A DNA stretch of 64,000 bases from Candidatus Poribacteria bacterium. Lineage in GTDB: Bacteria; Poribacteria; WGA-4E; WGA-3G. The number at the start of each line of letters is the position of its first letter. Position 1 is the stretch's first letter. The stretch covers positions 5,248,001 to 5,312,000 of the forward strand of contig OZ251518.1 of NCBI GenBank assembly GCA_965242965.1. Direction: 5' to 3'. Positions 51,036 to 61,048 of the stretch are shown in pieces. The notes beneath the pieces are model-generated. The model was not told the origin of the DNA, did not search any database, and worked only from the letters and a program-made list of their open reading frames with translations. A program made the position numbers and the translations under genes.

Positions 51036-53438
51036 ATGCACCACATCCCCAAAGAATACCAACTCCGCACCCTTGAAACCTTGTCGGCTTACTATCAGAA
51101 ATGCCTGACATACGAAAAGGCAGATCTGGCTTTCTACGACATAACGGAGCGGCCCTATGCCCCCGTGGCTTCGTTACCCGGCATGCCTTATGTCTGCTTG
51201 CGGCTGCCGACTGGCGGCGGGAAAACCTTCGTCGCGTGTCATGCCGTGCGCATCACCGCGGCGGAACTCCTCAAAACCGAGAGCCCGATAGTCCTCTGGC
51301 TGGTGCCCTCAAATGCCATCCGCGATCAGACGCTGAACGCGCTCAAGGACCGGGCGCATCCGTATCGGCAAGCGTTGGAAGAGACGCGCCGCAACGCCGA
51401 AATCCGCACTGTCCAAGAGGCACTCCATCTGTCGCCTTCCGTGCTCAATACCAAAACGACGGTGATAGTCTCCACGATGCAGGCATTCCGCGTGGAGGAT
51501 ACCGAAGGACGCAAGGTTTATGAAAACTCCGGCGCGCTGATGGGGCATTTCACGCACCTGCCGGAAGAAACCCTCTCGCAGATTGAACGCGAAGAAGATG
51601 GCACCCCGGTTTATTCCCTTGCGAATCTTTTGCGCGTGAAACGTCCGCTTGTCATTGTCGACGAGGCGCACAACGCGCGCACGGAACTCTCATTTGAAAC
51701 GCTGGCGCGCTTTCGTCCCGCCGCTATCATTGAATTCACGGCGACACCCGATACGGAGAAAAATCCCTCCAATGTGCTCTACACCGTCTCCGCCGCCGAA
51801 CTTCACGCCGAAGACATGATTAAGATGCCGATTCAGTTGGAGACAATGCCGGCGTGGAAGCAGCTCCTCGCCGCCGCTATCGCGCAGCGGGATGCCTTGG
51901 AGACAGACGCGCAACGGGAACAGCACGAAACTGGCGAATACATCCGTCCTATTATGCTCATTCAGGCGCAGCAGCGGCGCAAAAATCAGGAAACCTTGAC
52001 GGTAGAAGTTGTTGAGAAGTGCCTTCGCGAGGACTACGGTATTCCCGAAGAGCAAATCGCCCGCGCCACGGGAGAGGACAGAGGTTTGGAAGATGTCGTG
52101 TTGGATGCCCCGGAATGCGCTATCCGCTATGTGATTACCGTGCAGGCGTTGCGCGAGGGATGGGACTGTCCCTTTGCCTACGTCCTCTGCTCTGTCGCCG
52201 AGATGCGTTCCTCCAGAGCCGTAGAGCAGCTATTAGGAAGAGTCATGCGCCTGCCGCGTGCACGCCGCAAGCAACAGGCATCGCTCAACAAGGCTTATGC
52301 CTTCGTCGCTTCGCGCAATTTTTACGAGACTGCATCAGCCTTAGCCGATGGGCTCGTCCAAAACGGATTTGAGAGACAGGCGGCAGCCGAGCTCATCCGC
52401 GACACAACCGAGCAACCCGTTCTCCCGCTCTTTGCCTACGAGACGAGGGAGAACATTGAATCCGCGCCTGTTGAACGCGGCGAAGTCTTTCAAGTGCCGA
52501 AACTCGTTATTCAACGCGACGCGATGTTCCTTGATTTTGAGGAATCGCGATTCTTGGAGACACCGTGGTCGCTTTCTGAATGCGATGCCGAACTCACTGA
52601 AGAAGAGTTCCCTTCGGAATTCAACACCGGCGTGCGCGGCGAAATCGGTGTCTCAGGTGCCGGGAAGATCGAGATGCACTTCCTCGGTGAACTGCATCAG
52701 CAGATGTTTCACCTCGCACCCGATAAAGGTTGGGATGCCGCCAAACTCGCCGAATGGTTGGACAGAACCATTATCCATCAGGATATTCTGCAACGCGAAT
52801 CACTCCCGTTCCTGCAAAACCTTGTCAAGCATCTGATTGAGACGCGCGGCATTCCGATAGAGGTGCTTCTTCACAACAAATATGTCCTAAAAGATACCGC
52901 CGCGGCGAAGATTGATAGTCACCGGCAGCGCGCCCACCGCGGTGCTTACGAAAACTTCCTTTTGCCCGAATGCGAAACGCCGGTAGTCGTCTCCCCCGAA
53001 AACTGCTTCACTTACGAACGTTATCCCTATAACACCCGATACACCGGCGCGTATCAGTTCCAAAAACACTATTACCGCGACATTGGGGAACTGAAATCGG
53101 AGGGTGAAGAATTCCGCTGCGCGCAGTTTATTGACACTCTCCCGGAAGTCAAGTTTTGGGTGCGCAATCTGGAACGTCAACCGCTGTATGCGTTTTGGCT
53201 CCAGACCATGGATGATAAGTTTTATCCCGATTTTGTCTGCCTGTTAACAGATGGCCGTTATCTCGTCGTTGAGTATAAAGGCGAGCATCTCTGGAGCGCG
53301 GACGATGCCGTTGAGAAACGTGAAATCGGCGAACTCTGGGAGGCGCGGAGTCATGGACAGTGCCTCTTCGTCATGCCGAAGGGGACTGATTTTGAGGCAA
53401 TCCGCGCGAAGTTTATTGACAATCCAAGACAAAAGTGA
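51036..53438 (+). CDS. Type III restriction Res-like SF2 helicase-nuclease
   Basis: LPTGGGKT, IVDEAH, FTATP, LREGWDCP, EQLLGRVMR and FYPDF...VVEYKG motifs; start at ATG 51036. Confidence 0.88.
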   Translation: MHHIPKEYQLRTLETLSAYYQKCLTYEKADLAFYDITERPYAPVASLPGMPYVCLRLPTGGGKTFVACHAVRITAAELLKTESPIVLWLVPSNAIRDQTLNALKDRAHPYRQALEETRRNAEIRTVQEALHLSPSVLNTKTTVIVSTMQAFRVEDTEGRKVYENSGALMGHFTHLPEETLSQIEREEDGTPVYSLANLLRVKRPLVIVDEAHNARTELSFETLARFRPAAIIEFTATPDTEKNPSNVLYTVSAAELHAEDMIKMPIQLETMPAWKQLLAAAIAQRDALETDAQREQHETGEYIRPIMLIQAQQRRKNQETLTVEVVEKCLREDYGIPEEQIARATGEDRGLEDVVLDAPECAIRYVITVQALREGWDCPFAYVLCSVAEMRSSRAVEQLLGRVMRLPRARRKQQASLNKAYAFVASRNFYETASALADGLVQNGFERQAAAELIRDTTEQPVLPLFAYETRENIESAPVERGEVFQVPKLVIQRDAMFLDFEESRFLETPWSLSECDAELTEEEFPSEFNTGVRGEIGVSGAGKIEMHFLGELHQQMFHLAPDKGWDAAKLAEWLDRTIIHQDILQRESLPFLQNLVKHLIETRGIPIEVLLHNKYVLKDTAAAKIDSHRQRAHRGAYENFLLPECETPVVVSPENCFTYERYPYNTRYTGAYQFQKHYYRDIGELKSEGEEFRCAQFIDTLPEVKFWVRNLERQPLYAFWLQTMDDKFYPDFVCLLTDGRYLVVEYKGEHLWSADDAVEKREIGELWEARSHGQCLFVMPKGTDFEAIRAKFIDNPRQK

Positions 53439-53474
53439 TAAAATGCCCAACAAATCCACACAAAAGGAAAAACC

Positions 53475-54416
53475 ATGCAACAACGAAAATTAGGAAACAC
53501 CGGGCTCAACGTCTCTGAAATCGGGATGGGCACGTGGGAACTCGGCGGACGCGAATGGGGAGACATCGCCGAAACCGATGCTGTCAACCTCCTCCGATAC
53601 GCCTTTGACAACGGCGTTACCTATTACGATACGGCAGACCAGTACGGCGGCGGGCGCGCCGAACGGTTACTGGGAGAAGCGTTCTCTGCACACCGCGACC
53701 GGGTGATTATCGCTACGAAACTCGGCTTTGAATTGGATTCCGATGGCTGGATTAGCCATGGTTGGGAGCATCCGGCGTTCAATGTCTCGCGCGCTTACAT
53801 CCGCGAGGCTGTTGAAGGAAGCCTCAGCCGGCTGCGCAGAGATGTCATTGATATCTATCAATTCCACGCGCCGCCTCCCGCCGCTGCATGGGACGAAGCC
53901 TTCGGCGCAATGGAGGAGCTCAAAGCAGAAGGGAAAATCCGTTTTTACGGGTTGTGCCTCGGCAGTGAGGCGGATGCGTTAAAGGCGATAGCGGAAACCG
54001 GCATTTCTTCCTTGATGTTAACCTACAACATCCTCACGCAAGGCATGGCGGACCCGGTGATGAAGACAGCGGATGAGAATGGCATAGCCGTGGTCGTCCG
54101 GCAGCCGTTGTCATCAGGATTGCTTTCTGGCAACCTCACACCGGATACCGTGTTTGCGGAAAACGATTATCGCAAGACGTGGCCGCGCGAAAAATTCCTC
54201 GCAGATCTGGCGAAGGTAGAGGAGATTAAAGCGATTGTCAGCGATGAAGCGCGGACGTTACCGCAAGCCGCGTTGCAGTTCATCTTATCACACCCCGCAG
54301 TCTGTAGCGTTGTCCCAGGGATGATGACACGGCCGCAAGTGGACGACGGTGTCGCCGCATCGGGTGCTACGTCCCTCTCGTCTGCAGTCTTGCAACAATT
54401 GCGGAGGCGCGCATGA
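53475..54416 (+). CDS. Aldo/keto reductase
   Basis: LGNTGLNVSEIGMG, DTADQYG, IATK and SLSRL..D.ID.YQFH motifs. Confidence 0.92.
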   Translation: MQQRKLGNTGLNVSEIGMGTWELGGREWGDIAETDAVNLLRYAFDNGVTYYDTADQYGGGRAERLLGEAFSAHRDRVIIATKLGFELDSDGWISHGWEHPAFNVSRAYIREAVEGSLSRLRRDVIDIYQFHAPPPAAAWDEAFGAMEELKAEGKIRFYGLCLGSEADALKAIAETGISSLMLTYNILTQGMADPVMKTADENGIAVVVRQPLSSGLLSGNLTPDTVFAENDYRKTWPREKFLADLAKVEEIKAIVSDEARTLPQAALQFILSHPAVCSVVPGMMTRPQVDDGVAASGATSLSSAVLQQLRRRA

Positions 54417-54727
54417 AAGTCATCGCAGATTTATGCATCGTCCCTCTCGGCGTTGGCGTATCTGTCTCAAAATACGTCACAGCGTGCGAAGAAGTGCTGA
54501 AAGAAGCCGGCTTGAAAACGAAACTTCACGCCTACGGCACTAACATTGAAGGCGAATGGGATGCAGTCTTCGCCGCAATCCGGCGATGCCATGAAGTGGT
54601 GCATGAGATGGGCGCGCCGCGTATCACGACAACGCTCAAGTTCGGCACTCGCACCGACCGGCACCAAACGATGGAGGATAAGGTGAACAGCGTCGAAAAG
54701 CAGGCGGCAAAAAAACTTGACTTTTAA
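54413..54727 (+). CDS. MTH1187/YkoF-like thiamine-binding protein
   Basis: IVPLG...SVSKYV, YGTNIEGEWD and RTD...MEDKV motifs. Confidence 0.88.
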   Translation: MKVIADLCIVPLGVGVSVSKYVTACEEVLKEAGLKTKLHAYGTNIEGEWDAVFAAIRRCHEVVHEMGAPRITTTLKFGTRTDRHQTMEDKVNSVEKQAAKKLDF

Positions 54728-54755
54728 TTTTTTTTGTGTTAACATCATTTTCGAT

Positions 54756-55188
54756 GTCAAATCCCCATGCTTTAGCATGCGGAATGTAGACATCGCTAAC
54801 GGTCTGGAATGAAAAAAAGGCTTGCATTCCAAAGTGAAATGTGGTATACTATCTGTAACCTGCTGGATAGGCGTTCCACCCGCGACATTCCAACGTTGCG
54901 GTGCCTATTCGTCCTCGTGGAACGGGACAGGGTGGGTTGCAGGTGAGAACCTGACAAAACATCGACGAGAGAAACCGACGCGAAAGTCGGGTCATGCTGC
55001 ATCGTGTTGGTTTCTCTCACCCTATCTTCTGGGCGGGGCATCAGTCCAGTGTGAGAGTGAGTGTTAGACGCGGATAACCGTGCATCTCACACGTTGCGGT
55101 CGGTCGCACACATCACAGAATCCATAGCAGAAGCCACGAGGATACCGACAAACTGAATCCTCCTGCTTCAGCGGGTGGAGTATGTCAA
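54756..55188 (+). mobile_element. Non-autonomous IS200/IS605-family element without ORFs
   Basis: Left hairpin CCCCATGCTTTAGCATGCGG after TCGAT; right end GAATCCTCCTGCTTCAGCGGGTGGAGTATGTCAA. Confidence 0.72.
54822..54850 (+). promoter_or_regulatory. Internal promoter of the ORF-less IS605 element
   Basis: TTGCAT-17-TATACT with extended TG. Confidence 0.6.
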
Positions 55189-55208
55189 AATAGTTTGCAA
55201 CGTTAGTT
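55030..55208 (+). ncRNA. Putative stand-alone TnpB omega RNA scaffold plus guide
   Basis: GGGCGGGGCATC...GAGTGAGTGTTAGAC-hairpin-GCATCTCAC...CAGAATCC...TCAA, followed by flank-derived sequence. Confidence 0.5.
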
Positions 55209-55870
55209 GAGGGTGTTTCACAAATCGCTCAACGTCGCGGTGACAGGCCCCCGCGCTATTGCTGGTAGGAGAGACCTCCTAGTCTCGATGAGGTAAGGCG
55301 TGCATTCTCTGGACCCGTTCGGGTGCAGGCGCACCCTAACTACAGGGCCAGCGTGCGCTCCCCGACTGTAGTTCAGGATCGCCTGATCCTGAACTGTTTG
55401 TGATCAGGCGATTACAAACTACAGAGGGGAAAACATACATCGTGACGATGGAGATCGCGGGGGAAACCCTCTCGGATGCGCGTATGGCATCCGAGGGCCC
55501 CCGCGCTACGGTAAAAAACGTCTTTTAGGTCCGTAGGACCTTAATGTCTATAGCACGTGAGGTTGCGAAGAACGCTAAGGTCCTTTAGGTCCTTAATGTG
55601 TTTTGCCAGGGCCGCGCGGGTTTTATTAAGGACCTAAAGGACCTTGGAAACGGGCTGACACGTGTTGCTATAGACATGTAGGACCTAAAGGACCTAAGAT
55701 GGCATCTTGCCGATGGCCAACGCGTGGGAAACCCGCTCGGATGCGCGTATGGAAACCTCCGAGGGCCCCCGCGCTACGGGAACATCGAGACCGGGAGGTC
55801 TCTCCTACGGAGAAGCCATCGAGACCGGGAGGTCTCTCCTACCGGGGAAAACGAGTTATGAAACACCCGC
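55209..55870. mobile_element. TIR-bounded MITE-like element
   Basis: TIRs; flanks ACGTTAGTT and ACGTTAATT (8/9 match). Confidence 0.8.
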
Positions 55871-55916
55871 ACGTTAATTGTTATTAATTTTCATAGAAAA
55901 AAAGGAGTACGTCTTC

Positions 55917-56609
55917 ATGCAAAGGAGATTCTGGGTTTACGCCTGCTGCGCATTGGTATTTTTTATAGCAGTGCCATTCGCAAGCGCGCTAGATAAAATC
56001 GAGGGACCCTGGATGTGGATAATCACCGAAAGCGAAGCCGGTCAGGGCGGCGCACTCGCCACCGACATTGACGGCATTGACGAAGCCACAAAGGGGAAAC
56101 TCACCGAAGAGGATGTCGCAAAAGAAGGGATTACCGATAAAATCCTGAAGGTTAAGTTTCCCGATAAACTTGAGTGGACCGAGGGTGAAATCGCCCCGGT
56201 CGGCGGAAACAACATCAACGACATGCTCATCAAAATTAAGTTGGGACCCGGCGGCGATGTCAATGACTATTGTTCCTATGCCGTTATCAACGCCGTGTCG
56301 AAGAAGAAACTCACCCGTGTGGAAGCCCAGGTCGGCAGCGACGATTCCATTAAGGTGTGGATGAACGGCAAAGAGGTTTGGGTAAACGCTGTCAACCGTG
56401 GTGCCGGCGGCTTTCAAGACACGTTTCCCGTTGACATCAACAAAGGCGATAACGTGCTGATGGTGAAAGTCTGCGAACGCGGTGGAGGCTGGAGCATGTT
56501 TGTCGGCATCGATGCCGATTTGGAATACAACCTGAAGTTCAGAGGGTTACCTGTTGAACCCGCCGGGAAATTGGCTACTACCTGGGCGGCAATCCGAAGC
56601 GCGTATTAA
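55917..56609 (+). CDS. Secreted beta-sandwich protein with GKLATTW tail
   Basis: AGGAG RBS, signal peptide, GSDDSIKVWMNG motif, PVEPAGKLATTWAAIR tail. Confidence 0.8.
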   Translation: MQRRFWVYACCALVFFIAVPFASALDKIEGPWMWIITESEAGQGGALATDIDGIDEATKGKLTEEDVAKEGITDKILKVKFPDKLEWTEGEIAPVGGNNINDMLIKIKLGPGGDVNDYCSYAVINAVSKKKLTRVEAQVGSDDSIKVWMNGKEVWVNAVNRGAGGFQDTFPVDINKGDNVLMVKVCERGGGWSMFVGIDADLEYNLKFRGLPVEPAGKLATTWAAIRSAY

Positions 56610-56794
56610 CCGCGCCATCCGAAAGCGCGTATTAGACGCGCCGACTCAGCAAAATTATTATTGAGCAAAATTATTATTGCTTGATTTAATTCTGCGTTAT
56701 TTGCTATACTAATTAAGGTATAATAAAAAAGGTTGTCCCATCCTTTCAGAAAGGGGAGGGACAACGCAAAATTAACCCAATTGGAGGTTTTTGA

Positions 56795-58033
56795 ATGTTG
56801 AGAAAAACATTTACGATAGGGCTGGCATGCGTGATGGCACTTTTCGTCATGACGCACGTTGCGCAAGCCCAAGATAAAATTACCGGTCCTTGGCTGTGGG
56901 TTGTTGCTCCAACCGAGGCAAACGAAGGCGGCGCGAATTCTACCGATCTCGATTCGCTTGATGCCGCTAGCGGCGGCGATGTGACAGAAGCCGATGTCGC
57001 TGCAAACGGCGCGAAGGAAGGCGACGCAGTCGGCGACTTCGCGTGGACGCTCGGTGAAATCGCCGATACTGGCGGCAATAACGTCAACGATGCCCTCAAT
57101 GAAATCGGAATGACCGAGGGCGACGTGAACGACCATTCGTCTTACGCGCTTATCACGCTTGAATCCGCAACGGATCAGTCCGATGTGACGATGAAGGTAG
57201 GCAGCGATGACTCCATCAAAGTCTGGCTTAACGGCGAAGAAGTTCACAATAACGCTGTCAACCGCGGCGCAGGCGACTTCCAAGACGAATTCCAAGTCAA
57301 TCTCGTCGCAGGCGATAATCTGTTGCTGGTGAAAGTCAGTGAGCGTGGCGGTGGTTGGAGCATGTTCGTCGGCATCGATGCGGATGTAACGGCTGTCTAT
57401 AAAGAGCCTGTGCCCCCCGTAACCGGCAAAATCACAGGGCCCTGGCTCTGGGTTATTGCGCCAACCGAGGCAAACGAAGGCGGCGCGAATTCCACCGATC
57501 TCGATCAGCTCGAAGCCGCCAGCGGTGGCGATGTGACAGAAGCGATGGTAGCGAGTGAAGGCGCAGCTGAAGGAGACCCGGTCGGCGACTTGGCGTGGAC
57601 AGTTGGTGAGATTGCGGATACCGGCGGTAATAACGTCAACGATCTCGTCAATGAACTCGGACTCGGCGAAGGCGACGTGAACGATCACTCTGTCTACGGA
57701 CTCATCGTTCTGAATTCGCCGGCAGACCAGAGCGGCGTGCCGATGAAGGTCGGCAGCGACGACTCTGTCAAAGTCTGGGTGAACGGCGAAGTTGTCCATA
57801 CCAACGCTGTCAACCGCGGCGCAGGCGATTTCCAAGATGACTTCAATGTCAACCTGAATGCCGGTGCCAACATCTTGCTGGTGAAAGTCAGTGAGCGTGG
57901 TGGCGGTTGGAGCTTGTTCGCCGGTGTCGGTGGCGAAGGCGTTACCACGGCTCTTCCTGAATCGCTTGGTACGGCGGTTGAGGCGGCTGGTAAAGTTATC
58001 ACGACTTGGGGTAGCTTGAAATCCGCCAAGTAG
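56795..58033 (+). CDS. Secreted paralog with two tandem copies of the same domain
   Basis: KITGPWLW...GSDDS.KVW.NG...ERGGGWS occurs twice; tail AVEAAGKVITTWGSLK. Confidence 0.82.
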   Translation: MLRKTFTIGLACVMALFVMTHVAQAQDKITGPWLWVVAPTEANEGGANSTDLDSLDAASGGDVTEADVAANGAKEGDAVGDFAWTLGEIADTGGNNVNDALNEIGMTEGDVNDHSSYALITLESATDQSDVTMKVGSDDSIKVWLNGEEVHNNAVNRGAGDFQDEFQVNLVAGDNLLLVKVSERGGGWSMFVGIDADVTAVYKEPVPPVTGKITGPWLWVIAPTEANEGGANSTDLDQLEAASGGDVTEAMVASEGAAEGDPVGDLAWTVGEIADTGGNNVNDLVNELGLGEGDVNDHSVYGLIVLNSPADQSGVPMKVGSDDSVKVWVNGEVVHTNAVNRGAGDFQDDFNVNLNAGANILLVKVSERGGGWSLFAGVGGEGVTTALPESLGTAVEAAGKVITTWGSLKSAK

Positions 58034-58101
58034 GCCAAGTAGTCTACGCGAATTCGGATATTCTATTTTTCGTAGGTTCGCTTTCTAAGTGTCCCCGAAC
58101 G

Positions 58102-58135
58102 AAAAAAGGCGCGGTTGCAAACCGCGCCTTTTTTT
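58102..58135. terminator. Bidirectional intrinsic terminator
   Basis: A6-GGCGCGGTT-GCA-AACCGCGCC-T7 between convergent genes. Confidence 0.8.
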
Positions 58136-58150
58136 GTTACAATGTTACCT

Positions 58151-58703
58151 GAGGGTGTTTCATATCTCGATGCCTTCCCCGTAGGAGAGACCTCCTGGTC
58201 TTGATTTCTTCGGGTAGGAGAGACCTCCCGGTCTCGATGCAATAGGGCGGCGCGCCTCCCGGGGCCGCAGCGGCAGAAAGCCCCCTTCATCGTAGGGCGG
58301 TGGGAAAACCTGTCCCTCGCCATCGTCCTCTTCAGGTCCGTAGGACCTGAATGTCTATAGCAGCCCAAACGCTAAAGGCTCTAAGGTCCTTTAGGTCCTT
58401 AATAGATTTTGCCAGGGCCGCGTGGTTTTTATTAAGGACCTAAAGGACCTTGAAAACGGCACGACACGTGTTGCTATAGACATTAAGGACCTAAAGGACC
58501 TTGAAAACGGGCCGATACGTTTTTCTATAGACATTAAGGACCTAAAGGACCTAAAACGCCACCGCTTGACGATGGCACTCGCGGGGGACAGGCCCCCGCG
58601 CTACGGGAAAAATAGTAGGTCAGGATCGCCTGATCCTGACCCGTTCGGGATCAGGCGATCCCGAACTACAGAGGTTGGCCCGATGCCTTTATGAAACATC
58701 CTC
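58151..58703. mobile_element. TIR-bounded MITE-like element
   Basis: GAGGGTGTTTCAT...ATGAAACATCCTC ends. Confidence 0.75.
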
Positions 58704-58705
58704 AC

Positions 58706-59563
58706 CTAAACTGCTGCCACGATTTCCTTGAAGACCGGCAGCGATTCCCGAAACCCATCCTCTCGCGTGCCATTCTCCGGTTCATAGACACTCTCCAGCG
58801 AAATCGCCCCTTGGTAATTATCGCGCTTCAATGCGGCGACGATGTCGGCATAATAGGGTGCCATCTGCCCGCGGTTCATCGCGCAGAAATCGAACCGTGC
58901 CGCTGGGACGTTCACAACCCCGTCCTTGAGATGCACGTGCGCGATGTGCTCGCGGATAATCTCGTAGGCATCCGGATAGGGCACCTCGGTGCAGTAGAGT
59001 GAACTGCACGGATCCCAGAGCACCTTCAGGTGTGGCGGATTACCTAAATCGTCAATCAGTTTTTTAGCGAGCACCGCCGAGGTAACGTTGCAGGAGATAG
59101 CTGTTTCAACCACCAGCGTGAGTCCCGCGGCTTCCGCAAGTTTCAACGGCTCTTCTAACAGCACAAGAAGGTTATCCCATGCACCCTCCGCAGCGTTCGG
59201 CTTTGAGCCAAACAGCACCATCTCCTTTCGGAAACTGAAAATTCGCACTAGCGGTGAGCCGAGCTCCTGCGCGATGCCGATGCACCGTTGCAGTGTGTCA
59301 ATCTGCTCGCGATAGATAGGCGCGCTCGGTGACGTATCGACAGGAATTCCTGTCAGATTGTGATGCGAGATACACGAGACCTTCAAATTCCGCGCGTTAA
59401 TGAGGCCGTGGACTTTTTTGACATCTTCAGGAGTCAACTCGCCGACCTCTTTCTCCCACAGATATTGCAATTCGACGAACTCCAATCCGGTTTGGACCAT
59501 GGTGTCCAGTGCATACTCAAAATTCCGGCTGATTCCATCGGTGATGATTCCTAGTTTTCGCAT
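58706..59563 (-). CDS. Sugar phosphate isomerase/epimerase (xylose isomerase-like TIM barrel)
   Basis: LGIITD, LVVET, WDP, HVHLKD and ISLE motifs. Confidence 0.85.
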   Translation of the reverse strand: MRKLGIITDGISRNFEYALDTMVQTGLEFVELQYLWEKEVGELTPEDVKKVHGLINARNLKVSCISHHNLTGIPVDTSPSAPIYREQIDTLQRCIGIAQELGSPLVRIFSFRKEMVLFGSKPNAAEGAWDNLLVLLEEPLKLAEAAGLTLVVETAISCNVTSAVLAKKLIDDLGNPPHLKVLWDPCSSLYCTEVPYPDAYEIIREHIAHVHLKDGVVNVPAARFDFCAMNRGQMAPYYADIVAALKRDNYQGAISLESVYEPENGTREDGFRESLPVFKEIVAAV

Positions 59564-60474
59564 TCGCCTCCCTCGTTCTTCTGTTCGGTTCTTTTCACTT
59601 CAACGCCCGCGATGTTTTCGAGGATTTTGATGATCGTCCAGTTATCCTCGTCGGGGTTTACCGATTTCCCGGCTTGGAAGAGTTCAAACGCCGCGCTTGC
59701 CGCGAACAGGGGCACACCGCAGTCGTTCGCCATATTTTTCGCGAGCCCGAGGTCTTTGTGCATTGTCCCGATATTGCTTTGACCCTTGAAGTTGCGCGAT
59801 AAGATATTTTCTGTCGTGTCCCGAAAAAGGAAATTGCCGACAACGCTGGTGCTGACGACATCGCGCAAAGTTTCCGGGGCTACCCCTGCCTTCACCGCCA
59901 AGGTGAGTGCCTCAAAGATACCGGCATAAGTCGTGCCGATGAGGACAGCGAGCGCGGACTTGACAGTCTGCCCCATGCCAACTTCTTCACCGACGTGATA
60001 GATGTCTTTCCCGACGGCTTCTAGCACCGGTTTCGTTGCGGCGAACGTCTCTTTCTCTGCCGCCACCATCATCGTCAGGGTGCCGGCGGCTGCGCCGGGC
60101 GCGCCGCCACTGACAGGCGCATCGACAATACGCATCCCGCGGCTCGCCACGAGTTCTCCCACTTCCATCACCTGTGAACGGCCAATCGTCGCCGTGCAGA
60201 TGACGGTGCTTCCCGGTTTGAGGCCTGCTAATAAGCCGTTTTCTGTCAGCAGTGCGGCTTTCACCTGTTCCAAGTTAAGCACCATGAGAAAGACTGCGTC
60301 TGCGCTTAACCCTACTTCTTTCGGGGATGTAGCAGGGCGCGCGCCTTCTTTTTTGAGCGTTTCCAAAGGCTCCGGTCTCACGTCATACGCCGTGAGTTCG
60401 TGTCCTGCTTTCAAGATGTTTCGTGCCATGCCCATCCCCATGTTGCCGACACCGATGAGTCCTACTTTTGCCAT
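59551..60474 (-). CDS. 3-hydroxyisobutyrate dehydrogenase-family NAD(P) oxidoreductase
   Basis: GLIGVGNMG, DAPVSGG..GA..GTLT and KDL motifs. Confidence 0.9.
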   Translation of the reverse strand: MAKVGLIGVGNMGMGMARNILKAGHELTAYDVRPEPLETLKKEGARPATSPKEVGLSADAVFLMVLNLEQVKAALLTENGLLAGLKPGSTVICTATIGRSQVMEVGELVASRGMRIVDAPVSGGAPGAAAGTLTMMVAAEKETFAATKPVLEAVGKDIYHVGEEVGMGQTVKSALAVLIGTTYAGIFEALTLAVKAGVAPETLRDVVSTSVVGNFLFRDTTENILSRNFKGQSNIGTMHKDLGLAKNMANDCGVPLFAASAAFELFQAGKSVNPDEDNWTIIKILENIAGVEVKRTEQKNEGGECEN

Positions 60475-60523
60475 TAATTCCCTCCTACGCTTCGGTTTTG
60501 GTGTGAATCACGCAATCTATTCT

Positions 60524-60791
60524 GAGAGTGTTGCATAAATCGCTCAACGTCACGGGGGACAGGCCCCCGCGCTACGATGAAAAAAACGCATCCTCTTCAC
60601 GTAGGGCGAGGGCCTGTCCCTCGCCATCGTTCATGCACCAGACCCTCTCCCCTCTGTAGTTCAGGATCGCCTGATCCTGACCCGTTCGGGAGCGGGTGCT
60701 CCCGAACTACAGAGGTGCGCCCGATGCCTGCCGGTATTCGCCCGCCCACCAAGGCGGGATAAATACCGAAACGGAATTATGAAACACCCTC
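60524..60791. mobile_element. TIR-bounded MITE-like element
   Basis: GAGAGTGTTGCAT...ATGAAACACCCTC ends with a perfect 9-bp duplication ATCTATTCT. Confidence 0.88.
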
Positions 60792-61048
60792 ATCTATTCT
60801 ACTATATGGCCCAAACCAGGTCAAGTGAAAATGTGTGCAAACAAGGCGATTCAGTTTTCCATATTCCAAACGCCTATTGGCAGCAAGAGGCTTCCGTATC
60901 CTTAAACGGAAAACGATAATCCTGCTAATCCTGCTAATCCTGCTAACCCTGCTCATATCCTGTTCATATCCTGTTCTAAAAAGGCGGAATCGAGACATCC
61001 GCTGCTCCCTTAAACCTTTTAGCATTCACAAACGTCTAATAAATAAAT

